A stretch of DNA of 64,000 bases from Anolis carolinensis (GCF_035594765.1 NC_085845.1:126310897-126374896); one strand, 5' to 3'; positions 25,601 to 40,600 are shown, counted from the stretch's first letter. Translations and numbers: made by a program. Notes: a model not told the origin generated them from the sequence alone.

Positions 25601-28600
25601 TTGTTCCCTGCTTATACTGATCACAGCCTCTAGAGTGTTGTTAAAAGCTTCTGTGTGTCTCTTTAATTATGCCAGTGTCTCTGGATGAAATAATTGAGAA
25701 CTCTCTGGAATGAGAGGAAACAATGCAATTTGACATACAGTATGTGCACAAAGAATAAAAGTGTCAGCTTTAGTTTATTTAATATACATTCAGACAACTC
25801 ATAATTCTTACTAGTTTTATTTTTGGACCTATATAGCATCTTAGCTCTGTATAGGAGTAGTTTTATATCACAACTTTATTTGATATTTGTGCAGAGCTGC
25901 TAGTGTGTATGATATGCAGATTGCTCCTTTGTAGCAAGTGTACCACTCTCCCTTCTCATATTTAAACTAGCCTGAAAGAATTAGTGCTAATTGATACTAT
26001 CAATATGTCACATTTTCCACATTATAGTTTTTTATAGTATCTGGTGTATTATTGTTGTTGTTTTGTTATTATTATTATTTTATTATTTTATTAGTATTAG
26101 AATTGTATTTTAGCACTGCTGTCTTACTGGCATTTTTATATGCATTCCACAGTTTAAAAAAAAAGCTTCTCAAAGCAATTTCCAAAATAAGATTTAGTAT
26201 TTGAATGTAGCATTAAGCATTTTCAAAATAAGCCATTTTAGAACCAAGTCTGCATCTGATATGCCAGTAGTTCATCTGTCAAAAGAGATATTACATTTTC
26301 AAACATTTACTTTCCAGACTCACAGAAAATATGAGAAGATTAAGTAAGTATCTAACCTGATATTTGTGTAATACAATTTTATACCATGTAAACAAGTGTG
26401 AGTGACATTGAAGTAGGTGTTGTAGCAATACAATCAATGCAATTTTGTTATCTCACAATCATGCAGACAAAGAATGTAGGTAGAACAAGTACCTTAAATT
26501 AAAAATAATTAAAATCTGCAATATTATAGAAATTTAATATGTAAAAAGGATATAAAGGCAATTTTTGACATTAATAGGTAACTCATACAATTTTTAAAAT
26601 CTTTTTGCAGCATATATACTAACAGTAATAATTAATCCAGTTCAGAATACAGTAGAGACGCGCTTATCCAACCTTTGCTCATCCAACGTGCAATCTGCCT
26701 CCTGCCCAGATCCACAGCTGTTTTTTTAGGCAGCAATGAACAGCAGGCCAACACACCCAAAAATAACACAAGTGCAGCCACGCTCCCAAACAAGTAGCAG
26801 ACTTGTTGTAAAACATGATGCTTTGGTGCTTAATTTGTAAAATCATAACATAATTTGACCTTTCATAGGCTTTTCCTTAATCCATCCTTATCTAACATTT
26901 TTGCTTATCCAACGTTCTGTTGGCCTGTTTATGTTGGATAAGCGAGACTCTACTGTAATTCAAATGATTTCCCAATTGTGGTACAGTAGAGTCTCACTTA
27001 TCCAAGCTAAACGGGCCGGCAGAAGCTTAGATAAGCGAATATCTTGGATAATAAGGAGGGATTAAGGAAAAACTTATTAAACATCAAATTAGGTTATGAT
27101 TTTACAAATTAAGCACCAAAATTTCATATTATACAACAAATTTGACAGAAAAAGTAGTTCAATACGCAGTAATGTTATGTTGTAATTACTGTATTTACGA
27201 ATTTAGCACCAAAATATCACGATATATTGAAAACATTGATGACAGAAATGGCTTGGATTATCCAGAGGCTTGGATAAGCGAGGCTTGGATAAGTGAGACT
27301 TTACTGTATGTTTAATAGTAATAGAAGCTTGAAGTCACTTTAATATATTTATGGTAATTGCACTCCCAGACCCAGTGTGTTCATCATGATCTTGGGTTTA
27401 TCCTGGTTTATAAGTAACCATCAAACAACACTTTCATGGTTTCAAAGTCATGCACAACTTGGCAGTAAACCAAAATAGAATAAAATGTAGGTATGTGAGA
27501 AAAAGAGGGAAGGAGAGATGAAGGAGAAGAAGTATTTCTGGCATTGATAAAAAATGGTTGGTCAGTGAGTTTGGGATATCTAGACTTGGTCTTTGGCCTT
27601 TCATAGTATTCTTGAATACTATGCAAATTAGGGAGTTGCAGGTCTTCCGGTTGGTGAAATTCCACTAGTTATCTTGAACTTGTGCCTATCCAAGTGATGA
27701 CCTTTGGCTCTTTATATTGTACTTTTTGTGAAGAAAAAGAACAATGAGTATGCTGTTCACCCCCATGCTCTTCCTGTTTCTGTGTGATATGCAAATCTGG
27801 TTTCTATTTAACCATAGAAGTTGCCACCCACAATTGTTTGCTTTAATCAAAGTAACAAAAAAGTGCCATACTCTGTAAAACCAAAGAAAAGTAGATACAC
27901 AATGCTACTATTTTGTCCTTTAAACAAAATCTCTAAAATGTGTTGGTGCTGTGGGGAAACTGGTCCTTTGTTTACAGTGGACCCATGATATCTGCTGGGG
28001 CTTGGTTTTGAATACCAACATCTGGATGTGCAAGTCTCATTTAATGCAATTGTGTTTGTGTCCTTACCTAAACTAGCAAAATCAAGGTTAGCTTTTTGGA
28101 TTTGAAAAAAATGCATTTTCAAGCCATGGATGGTGAAATCTGGATACAGAGGACTAGCCGTACAGTAGAACTTGATAGCTGTATAAGCATCATAAATGCT
28201 GATATAAAACAAAGATGGTATAAAGCAGATCCTAATTGGGCATTGAGAGAATAGATTTTCAATGAAGTAATCTGTGAAAATTAACACTGTACTTCTTTTT
28301 ATTGAATGAAGTCTTGTTGCTGTCTTCTCAGTCTAAGTCCTAATTGTTCCGAAAACAATGACAGAACATGTGTAGGTATAAAACAGAGAAGAGATATAGA
28401 CCATCAGATTCCCATATTTACTAGTAAAAGTGTTTGGAAATCTTCATTTTTTGGATGAGAACTTCCAAAAACACCCAGCAAATATCGCCGAGGGATTCTT
28501 TAGTTTGGTGAGAGGAGAAATCTAAACAACCTGGGTTTCTGGCTGAGAGATTCTGGGAATTGCAGCCCAAATTTGTTTTTCAAGTCCCCAAGCAGCCAAA

Positions 28601-31600
28601 CTAGAATGGTCTGGTTATGTTTCATCCCCCCCCCCCCCCAGCAGAAATGATCTCCAAGAATTGGGAGTTGCATTAAATTAATCTGAAGTTGTCAAACTTC
28701 TACAGTGAGGCATCTCTCACTACAAGAACAGGAAATATGACATTGCCTTAATAAGTTCCCACCCATTCCTTATGAATTTGAATGTGACGTGAACTATTGT
28801 ATACACTCTTGCACTCTTGTTATAAGGCTAGATCCACTTGACAATGTGGTTTCAAAAAAGTCTATGGAGAATCTTCAGTTATGCAACATGATAATTCCCA
28901 TGAATAAAATGAATCAAAATATCACTTTTTTGTTACATACAGCAAATTGTCAGTTAATTGGAACCCATGAGGATTGGTACTTGCCAGAAAAATGTAGTTT
29001 ATGGTTTCTTGAGAGTTACTATTAAAATGTGTCTAATCAAATTATCTCCCATACTATACCATACTGTAAACTCTGTATTGACTTGATATTCATACTAAAA
29101 AACAGTAATTAAAAGCAAGTTAAGACAAATAAAGACAAACTTAACTTAATGTAATACAGTTTTACTGTATTATACATGTATTTCAATTTTTTAATTTAAA
29201 GTACCAGCTTTGGTGTCTCGCGATGTTTGGGTTAAGTATTTGGAAAGAATAAACATTAAACATAGTAATTGTTTGTTGTTGGATTTTATGAATGATTATA
29301 TTAGAAAATGAATAAAGATGTGGGTGAACTACAACTTCAGTCATCTGTATACACTGCACTGGTAGTTTAAGTTGGTCATGATGGGTATGTGTGCCAAGTT
29401 TTTCCAGATCCATTGGCAGTAGGGTTCACAGCTGAGTTCACAAGTGATGTATCAAAATCTTTTTTAATCCTCAACATTCGTATTTTTTAAACATGTAGCA
29501 TGGATCAATTCCCCCCTCCCCAACCCCTCCAGTATTTTCTGTTGTGGTTGTCCGGGGCCGGGGGGGGGGGGCTGTAATGTCTGATACAGATCCATCATCA
29601 GTGGGAGGCATAGGTCTCTCTGGATGTGTTTTCCACATAGATACATATATATTTTGACTTTTATTTATATAGATTATTTCTTCAACTTTTTGCGAGTGGC
29701 TTGAAAGATCTGGTTGCTTGAGTTACACTTAACTAAGAGTCTGCTGTATGTTTACAAAAGATAAATGCTGAGGATTAAAGCGGATTTTGATACATCACTT
29801 GTGCACATAGGGATGTTGACATATTTAGGCATCAAGTCTTGGCTTATGAGGGGATGGGTTTTTCTTTTTCAATTTAAATCTTGTAATATTTTATTCTTTA
29901 CAGTATAAATACTTAGTACTGTGAATTTCTTTTCCTTTCTACCTAGAGAGAGGTGCCAAACCTGTTACAAATTTTGTGAAGAATCTTTCTGCCTTATCAG
30001 ACTGGTTTTCTGTCTACACTTCTGCTATTGCCTTTATTGTAAGTTGCCATTCCTCTATCAAGTGAAATATGTTTTTTGTTCAGTATGGTTTTTTGCTCAG
30101 TTTACAAAAACGCTTTGTGAAAACCGTTTGTTTTTCTAATTTTAAATGTGGCTGCCAGACTTTCTAAAATAAATGCACATTATGATCTTAGTCTTGTTCA
30201 GTTTCTGAGATCTATTGAGACAAATGATCCCAGAAGGCAACAGCTTGCTTAATTTGTTGTGTAATATTTCAGTGTTTTCATATATTTGCAACATTTTCTT
30301 AAAAGCTGTTTAAGTCCTCTGTATTGTTTTCATGTCTATGTCATAGAAACTGATTATTTTTTTTAAAAAAGTAACACATTTTCAACACTACTAAAGGTAA
30401 CATATGGGGAGACTTTTAATAGGGAATATTATCCTACACTTTAATAATTTTTACAACTGTGAATTAATGGGTAACCATTGTTCAATCTTTTATGGAGTTA
30501 TTAAAATCAACACAAATCAAAGTGGAGGAGAATTGGGTGGGCCTTGGACTGATGCTAGTATCTTAGCTGCCTGACATGTTTCCAGTTAAGGAAGAAACAA
30601 TTGTACCCAGTTGACATTGTGTTTGAGAAGCACTGCATTAAATGTCAAATTAGGATATGGCTCAACATCTAGACAACTAGGAAACCTAATCTTTGTCACC
30701 TGGAGAATGGGACCTGGGAGGCAGACTTTGAGCTTTCATTTTAAAAGAACGGGTCTGTCCTTCTAATAAAACGAGAGGCAAAAAATGAAATGTACAGGCA
30801 GTGTTATAATGAATCTGTGAAAAGTGAATCCATTTCCTATCAGTGTTTTAGTCAATGGTTGAGATCACAATTATGATTCACACGTACATGTTATATGCTT
30901 TCAAATTGAATCTAACTTTGGGTGTCTTATCACAAAATTTCCTATGCAAGATTTGTTAAGAAGGGATTTGTTCAGAGTGTGATGTGCTCAATGTGAGCCT
31001 CCATGGCTGAGTATGGGTTTGAACTCTGGGTGCAATCCAACACTCAGGCTGCTGCACCATGCTGGAGAACTAGAGTGACAAAAATTCACTCCCAGACATG
31101 GAATAATTACAGTGGTTCTGTTATGTGAGACTTGATATAGATATTAAAGATGGGTGTATTTATGTCAGAAATTACTAACATGGAAATATAGTTGTGATTA
31201 AAGTGGATGGCTCAGTCCACATGTATTATTTTGGATCCAGAAAATGGATCTTGACATCTCTGGTTGTAATAGTTGCTGCGGCTTCTGTTCATTACCTGGC
31301 TGTTCTACATGAAAGATTAAAATATCCCAATCTATAATACTTAACTAAGGATAAATGTCAAAGCATATATAGAGAGAGAGGGGGGGGGAGAGGGAGGGAG
31401 AGAAGGAAGTATTGTAGTAATGTTTTGTTTCTTTTATCTTTAGATCTACATGAATGCTGTATGGCATGGCTGGGCCATTCCTATGTTCTTATTTTTAGCA
31501 ATTTTGAGGTTATCTCTAAATTACCTCATAGCCAGGTAACCATGCTTTCTTTTTTCTTTTCTTTTCTTTTTTTTACTATTTTGAGATTTAACTTTGCAAC

Positions 31601-34600
31601 TATTTCTTACTTTTTTGCTTTAAAAAGGAGAAAATATGTATCAATCAGTTTGCCAGGCTTTGACGGCCTTGCAGAAGGAGAACCTCTTAAACAATGGAGG
31701 TGGCATGACTCCACTGCTCCTTTGACTTGTGGGCAGTCTTCAATATGCTGAACACAGATGAGGATTATGCTTCCATGTGTTATCATTACTATTCTTTGAA
31801 TTCGCGTTTTTGAAATGTTCCTCACCTCACTTTGTGCATGTTAAAGTCCTCATGCTTTGTTAATTGCAGACAGACATCCTTTGTAGTCTCCTTCTACCTT
31901 TTGAAGATTCAGGATTATATGATTAATGTGTGACTTGATTGTGTAGAAATACTAAAATAGATTTGAATAGATTGTTTTGTATCCACAATAATTGCTTTTA
32001 AACAAGCATACTTTTGTTCCAGTTTTGTAGAAAAGCCAATTTTTCAGTTTATTAAAATATTGTTTATTTTTAGAGGATGGAGAATACAGTGGAGTATTGT
32101 GCCTGAAGTTTCTGAGCCCATTGTAAGTCAAAATAATTTTGAAACGTTGAGAATTTTGATATGAACATTGCAAAGCATTATAGAATCACATCTTTTTGAT
32201 GTGTACTTTTCTAATTCTTAGAATAAACTACATTAGTATTTTAATATAATTAGATTATATATAATCTAATCTAACATAATTAGATTATATTAAAGAGATT
32301 TATGTCTTAAATGCATCCTTTTATATTTCTTCTAAAAATCCAGATAATCTTCATTTTAGAAAGTAAAGCTGAAGAATAATGTAATATTTAAATCATTGTT
32401 TATAGCAGTGGTTCCCAAATTTATTTGGCCTACTGCCCCCTTTCCAGAAAAAATATTACTCATGGCCCCCTGGAAAGGGGGGCGTGGCTTAGAGGGGTGG
32501 TTGTGGCTCCTGCTCAAGAGGGTGGGGCTGGGCCTCTCCCCTAGTCCAAGATGCAGGGCTGGGAGGGGGAGGTGGAGGTGGGTGGGTCTCAAATGGGCAG
32601 CCAGGACTGGGCGGAGTTAGGAGCTCTGAGGCAGAGCTGAGCTTCTATCCCTGTCCTGTGGTGCCTAACAGGACACAGGGGGCGGGGCCTTTTCCCAAGT
32701 GCCTGATGGGGCTGAGCCTCTATTATTGCGCCAAAATGCTAATGTGTATATATGTGTGTGTGTAAAGAAATCCTTGCAAGAGAGCTCTGCAAAAAGGGAG
32801 CTGATTTTTTTTTGCAGAGGCAAAGCCACGCCTCAAACAATGTATCTTTTTGATGCAGGTGGCTGGGAATGTCAGTTGGGATTTGAGCTTGCTAGAGAGC
32901 ACAGGAAAAAGAAGGCTCTCTGAATAGCTACGGTCAAGTAGCTGATTAATATGCTATGCTGTATATATATTGATGCTGATTGATTAGTTATTGATCTTAT
33001 GCAACTACATGGACATTATATGATTGCAGAACTGTTTTGTATTTCAACTCTACAAGCAAGTTTCCTTTGTTCATTTCATTTCCTCTGCCTGGCCTGAGTC
33101 TTTTGCACATGGTGTTATCTGGATGCTACTGATTCCGCTATACTCTCACCTGGCAACATCTATACCCCTCCCTGTGTTGTAATAAGCGCCTCAGGGGAGG
33201 TATACAGAGGCTCAGCCCTGTCTCGCGCTCTTGGAAGACGCCGCACCCTCACCCCAGCCCCGCCCTAAAAGGCCTCTCAGCAGAGGTATAGAGGCTCAGC
33301 CCTGTCTTGGACTCTTGGAAGGAGGCCCCGCCCCCTTCCCTAGCTCTGCCCTCTGTGTCCCAACAAGCGCCTCAGGAGAAGTATAGATTCTCAGCCCTAT
33401 CTCGGGCTCTTGGGAAGAAGACACACCCCTCCCCGGCCGCTCCCATGTCCTAATAAGTGCCATCACTGCCCCCCTGGATCAAAATTCTGTAAATTAACAG
33501 TGTATTGGTTTGGGCATAACTTTAAATTCTCTCAGATTTCTTCTCTTTTTCTCTGGAGCAACAGAACTTTTGCTTCCATTTGTAAATAACAGAGATAGAA
33601 CCGGCTAAACTAGACCCATACATTTCTATAAGATTGAGGAATACAGAAGTAGAATACAAAATGAATGTCTCTTTGATCAACTTAAGTGAATTGTCATATC
33701 AAATATGAAAATATACACAAACAAGGAATTTGTTTAAGTAATATATACATTTAAGTCATTCATTTTTATGAATAACTTATTACTCTACAATAGGTAATTT
33801 TTCTGAATTGTTTATTGCGCAAGTATATACAATTAAATAAGATTGGCCAATACACATTTTGGTGCCTCTACCTATTTGGGTATATTTGACCTACTGAATG
33901 CAAAAAAAATGGCTCCAGATCCCCTCTGTTAGCTCTAGTTTTTGAGATACAGAACACATGCCATATACCAGTTGCCATCTGCTTACGCATAGAAAATCAT
34001 GATAACCATATCTAAGAAACTAGAGCTGATGCGGTCTGTCTATTGCAATTTTCTGAATCAACTCCTCAAATAACCCCAGGAACAGACCTCAAAACAAAGA
34101 CACCAAGAAAAAAATGGGGGGGGGGTAGACTGTTTAATTACATCAATACAGTCATTTAAATACTCAGTTTAAAAAGTATGTCATTCTTCCAGGATTCTCA
34201 GAGAAGCATGCATAACCCTATATAGAATACACTGTGATAGTATAATAGTTCAGTCATGTGTAATGCCCTCATTGTTGTCTTTATATCACTACAACCCCAT
34301 GGATTTCTTTAAACTGAGAGTTTATGACTCACCCAAACAAGGAAACTGAATGCCTGAATGTAGGTGTGAACTCAAGTTTACTTCTACACTATAACTGCTG
34401 CATATTTTTACAGCTAATGAAAATCTCTGTATGAATGAGATTAATTTAGTCAGATCTCTGTAACAGAGATTTAATTGTTACTGTGAATTTGCCTCTGGGA
34501 TTCAAAAGGACTGATTTAAAATTAAGATGTGGATTATAAATAATGTTCACATACTCAGGCTATATTTGAACACAAAACTAATTATTATGTGAATAATCCT

Positions 34601-37600
34601 TTGTGGATCTCAGGGTCGTGTGCTCTCCCCCCCCCCCCCCGGGGGGGGGGGCAGCCACAATGAGTCAGAAGTGTTTGTTTCATTTGTTAACCAACCAATT
34701 GAATATTGTGCTTATCCCAACCTGTCAAACTGTGATTAATCTTAAATATAGATTATCGAAACAAGCCATCTTCAGACCTTGGCTAATGAAGTTGGCTAGC
34801 TTTGTAAACCAAAGTTAAGAATAACCATGATCTGCATGAAAGTAGTTCACAAAGTATTTTTGACTGGCCTTAAATTGTGGAAGAAATATCTTAATCTAAA
34901 AGGTTCAAAATTCATATATTAATCTTTTTTCAGGAACCCCCAAAGGAAGACCTAACTGTGTCAGAAAAATTCCAGCTTGTTCTGGATGTGGCACAAAAAG
35001 CACAGGTATGTTATCCCTGGCATCTCCAGCCACAGAATTGTGAGTCAAAAATATTTTTGCTGAAGAATACTTCTGTCCATGAGAATGAAGACTGGGATAC
35101 TCATTATTATTATTTCGTGTCAAAAGCAATGCATCAATAAATAAGTATAAAACTGATAAAATAAAGGTAGCACAAGCAGCTAAACAATTTTAGACCAAAA
35201 ACAGACAACAGCAACTGCATTGTCTGTAGCTTTAAACAGTTCTTCCTCTGTGTATGAGGCAGGGCATTGTAGGCAAGCGCACAGATGCTGAGTTTGTTCT
35301 GCTCCACAGTAACACAAGGTGAAGGATTCTTCTAGGAAGTGCCATTTTGTTAGGTTGTCTTTTGATCTGCCCATTCTGCTTCTGAGTCTGTTTAGGGACT
35401 TCCAAGTTGCCCGTTCTTGGTTTGCCCCTGGAGGAAGACCCTCATGGGGGGCCATCCAGTTGGAATTATCTGATTTTGCTGCCCACAGGAATATACTTGC
35501 TTTTGCTGGAGTAACATTTAGAGGAGTGGTGGTTCTCGTGAAACAGATTCTGATAGCCATACAGTGGGTGGCTTTCACAGTGTTCAACCTTATTTTTCTC
35601 GCAATTGGCAGCAACTTCCCGTTGCCCATCTGGGTGGGGCAATGCCAGCTAGCTTATAAATTCTATCAATGGGTGTAGGTTTAAGGCATCCTGTGATTAT
35701 TCTACATGTCTCCTTCAGTGCTATATTCACCTGCTTCGAGTGGGCAAATTTACATCAGATGGGGCAGGCATACTCAGCAGTTGAGTAAGACATGGCCAGG
35801 GCTGATGTTCTTATTAATTTTGGGTCTGCACCCCATGTGCTATTACTAAGTTTCCGCAATATGTTATTGTGTGCAGCTACTTCGTGCTTGGGACAGTGCT
35901 TCCTAAATGTCAGTGTGTGACTCATTGAAAAGCAGTTTCATATGTATCATATTGGATGTTTTCTCTAGTAGTAGAAAAGTTATACAACACAACAAATGTA
36001 GTTTTAGGATTTTATCTTTGTTTTCTTTTTATTTGATTCATAGCATGGCTTTTTCCAAGGAGCTCAATACATTACACATAGTCCTCTTTTTTATTTTAAT
36101 TTCACAAATGACCTAAAATTAAAGATCTGAAAAGATTTTTGGAGATTGTCACTAAAAATTGTGATTAGAAGTGATGTAATTTCACTTTCAGCACACATGG
36201 ACATGATGCAACCAGTGATGGCAGAATGTGGGACAAAAATTGATCCTATCTCTAATGCAGTTGCCCATCCTGGTGTCTTCCTTTGATATTTGAGATAATA
36301 TCCATCCTTTGATCTCAGTCTAGGAGAAAACTAGCATGGATCTAAAGAACCTGTGTTGGCCTTGAAATAATCTGGGCATAATCTGATATTTGAAGCTCTT
36401 GCTCAGGGTCTGCTGTGATGCGATTTTTGGTTCCTCTGGGCTAAAGAACTATACATGTTTTTATGAGCTATGAAACAAGCTGCACTCTTTAATGGGCTAT
36501 ACAGTTCACTTTGTATTACTGTTTTTTTCTCTCAGTTTGATCACCCATCAATATGTTTTGATGTGGTGCGTCTTAGCTAGCCCTCATCTGCGACATGAAG
36601 CTAAAAATAATTGATTATGGAGCTAAAAAATATTGGGTGACTCAGACCAATTACGTCATATAGAAAACAGAAATACATAAATGATTAATCTCTAATTATA
36701 TTTACATTCCAAATTTACATTATTTTTTCTTGCTATACAGAACTTGTTTGGCAAAATGTCAGACATACTGGAAAAAATTAAGAAGTAAGTATTTTTCTGT
36801 TTCTTTTTTCTTTTCCTAACAATGCATGAATTCAACAGATTTGAGATGTAAGGCATTGAACTGCTGTAATGTCTAACTTTTTTTCTTTCCTTTTAACAGC
36901 TTGTTTATGTGGGTCCAACCTGAAGTAACACAAAAGCTGTATATTGCTTTGTGGGCAGCGTTTATTGCATCTTGCTGTATTCCATACAGGATCATAGGGC
37001 TTTCACTGGGTAAAGCTATATTGATTTTATAGTGTATATACTTTTTAATTTTATAATTTAACGTTAGATACAGAATCTTTGGATATATAGGACCAACTGT
37101 GCAATGATGGGGTGTAGTTGAAATTTTATTTATTTGTTTGTCCACAGTTTAATACCCATGGGATTAAACAGGAATCTACAATATACTTGATGTAATCAGC
37201 CCTATAGATAGAGTAGAACTACACTAAAATTGTATTGTTGAAGGCTTTCATGGCTGGAATCACTCGTGTGTTGTGTGGTTTCCAGGCGGTATAGCTGTGC
37301 TTTAGCAGCATTTTTTCCTGACGTTTCACCTGTATCTGTGGCTGTCATCTTCAATATCACAGATGCAGGTGAAATTTCAGGAGAAAATGCTGTTAGAACA
37401 TGGCCATACAGCCTTGAAACCACACAACACCCTACTGTAAAACTGCGTCTCCCATATATATTGTAGTGGATACAATATATACCTTAAGAAATAAATTGCA
37501 AGTGAGAGAAGATGCTTCATGCATCACCTACATGCTATACTTTTTCCTAACCCCCCCCCCCCCCCCCAAAGCATTTAAGGGTAAGAGTTCAAATATGTTT

Positions 37601-40600
37601 GCTACATTGTGGGGATTAATGGAATGAGAGAGCGATTTTATGAAGCAGTTTTGGCTTCTTGAATTCCCAAACCTAGATTATTCAGTTCCAGCTTTGATCC
37701 AGGGGTAAACCACCTTGGGGATACTAGTAAGGATGGTATAAGAGGAATGCCAAGATTTTGTCAAACTGACATTTTGCCAAACACCCATTTTTGTCTTTCT
37801 GCTTATCTAGGACTATATGCAGGAATCAAATTTTTTCTTATTGATTTTGTCTTCAAACGATGTCCAAGGCTACGAGCAAAGTATGACACTCCTTACATCA
37901 TATGGTTAAATTTACCCACGGATCCTCAACTTAAAGAGAGGGCTAATGCCACAGTGTCAAGACGGGTAAATACTTAATAATTTAAATACGATTTTAAATT
38001 ATTATAACAGATCACTATCAAACGTGGTTTCAGTGACTAGAGCACATGCAGGGAGGGATAGATATTGAGACTTGTATACATATTTTCATTTAAACTGGTG
38101 GTGGTTCATTCACTCTCTAACACACAAAAACTGTCAGATTTCTTGAAGTCATTGTTTTCATTGGAAATAAATAGAGCATCCTACAGAATAATTGTCTTTG
38201 CTGGAATTTTGCTGGAATTTGCAATGTGTTGGTAGTTTTTAGATAAAATAATTGAACTTGCCTTTTGAAAGCGTTGATAAAAACTTTAAACACTATAAGA
38301 AATCAATTCAAAAGTCCACACACAAAAGGAAAAATAAAAATGATGCAAGCAGTGTCTTGTTAACATCTTTGATTGTTGCCCTTGTAGCTACGGCTTCCTT
38401 AAACTAGTCACAAACTTATGTTCTGTAGCAGTTAAAATAATACCTTAAAATTCCATGTTATAAAGTGCATAGCAATCGCATACATTCTCAGAAATCATAA
38501 ACCTGCTTTAACAAGCCTAAATATACTTGTTAGTCCAAAGTAGAGTAGTCCCATTGAACAATGGGGAATTAGTGTAAATTTCTATTTGTTTTGTGTGCCT
38601 GCTGCAATTGAGAAGAATAGTTGGGTTAGGCCTACAGTGCCAAATATTTATGAAAATCACTGATCCTTTGAAATCAATGCTACCCAACCTTTAATTCTTA
38701 AAATGTGGTTGGACTAAGTGGAATGGGGAACCTCTAGAACAGGAAATTACTGTTCACTGAGCAGCTTTCTACTTTGGTCTGAAAGTAGAATGTATTTTGT
38801 CAAAAAGTGAGGCATGGAGCTACAAGATGCAAACTCAAATATTGCCTCCAGAACTCCTTTATGAAGTTATGTAAAGACTACCAACCGATATGTAGTCATA
38901 GGATGACGGTTATTGGCCTAAAGTCATTGAACCCTTTCCAAAACATTCAGGCTGCATCTTGAATTGATTATTCTATGGAAACCTATGGTTAATCTATGTT
39001 GATTGCCTTGAATTCAGTTTAAATAGTCACAACAGCAATCCTACTGAATGCAGGTTATCTGTTTAAATGTGCAATTGATATTGAAGGGGCCCTGCAATTG
39101 AAACACTTAAAATTTCAGAAAGGCTATACTTGTATTCTCGTTTCAGAGGCACCTATTTTCTCTATCCAAAGGATCTTTTTCATCTGGAGGAACCTCAAAA
39201 TGTGCTTTATAGCATATATGGCTATACCTTATACCAGTGGTAAATTGTGGTACCAGAAAAAGACAGATGCTTTTGTCCATAGTCCTTAATACTGAAGTGG
39301 CAGCTGGAGCCTTCCATGTTGATCAGGTTGTGAATTGATTCCAGATTTAGTCCCAACTGACTGGGAAATAGGATTCATCTCCTTGAATAGCTCCTTTAAA
39401 ATCCAGACTAAACTCTAATCTAGATTAATTGCCATAGTAGCAAGAAAACCGCTAGCTCCTGCTGTCAAACTTTCTTTTCCTAATTTTCAAATTGGCATCA
39501 GACATTTAACCAATTGAGCACTATGAACATATGCATCAGTCCTTTTCTTCTCGTTTAACTGTTTAAAATAAATTATGAACAGTTTGAATTGAAGTATCCC
39601 AAAGTAATTTTATCTAGTATTTCCTCAGTTCATAAAAATCATAAATAATATTAAGTGTGAATTGTATCCATACCTTTTAGAGGCAAAACCCTCTTTAAAA
39701 ATAGTACTATAGATCTCACCAGGGAAGATTGGTATCAACCACTTTCATGAATCAGTTTTGTTTTAGCTTTCACAATATAACTGGAAATGTTATTAAATAT
39801 CGCTTTTGAAGCCAAATAGGCCAGGCAACAGAAATGGGAATTCTAGTCAGGGAAATATAATTTTAATGAATGAAAATGATGTGCTCTAACCACTGATACG
39901 TTGGATGTTTTTTTATTTAAAGATTGTAATCATTGTGTGTAATCTCTTGGTATGTGAGAAAGATCTGGCAACTTCACTCAATTCATGTTTTTATTCTGTA
40001 TATGATAGCTAAATAGATTTTGCTTTTTTCTTTTGTCACTGTCACATTTGTGTTTGTTTGTTTTTTCTTTTCCTGCTAGCTGTCAGGGCATGAAAAGGTA
40101 TGGATCTTAGCGTGGAACTACTTCTTCCTTTCAATTTGATCATTTGTGCTCATAATGATCTGATGTGTTTCTTCTCTGTGTGTGTGTGTAAGCTTGTGCA
40201 TTTATCTAACTGATCTGTATGTGTGTATGTGATATTAAATGGCTTGGACTTTAAGTCTCTTGGAGACACATAGTTAATGTTCTTCCTGGGCGTATTCCTA
40301 CTAATTGATTGATCCTGAGTGGTGTACTATTTTGACATCTAGTTGAAGGAATTCTCTAGTGTGCTTTGGGAAAACTAATCTAGATGCTTCTTTAGGAAAT
40401 GTTTGATGCAGACAAACAAAGAAGTCTTTGTCTTCAAAGCATAGCATTGAAATAGGACAAGGACAGGCAACGTGTTCTTCACGTGTCCCATCCTGTGGTG
40501 GCAGACCCTGCCAGATTCCTATTCTCCTATTTGCCACAACTAGAACAGGAAAACAAACCACCATTTTTCTTTAAAACTCGGTCTGCAGGAAGAACACACC

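Noticed and set aside
32249-32270. 22-bp perfect AT palindrome
   Set aside because: Low-complexity; plausibly slippage, with no functional evidence.
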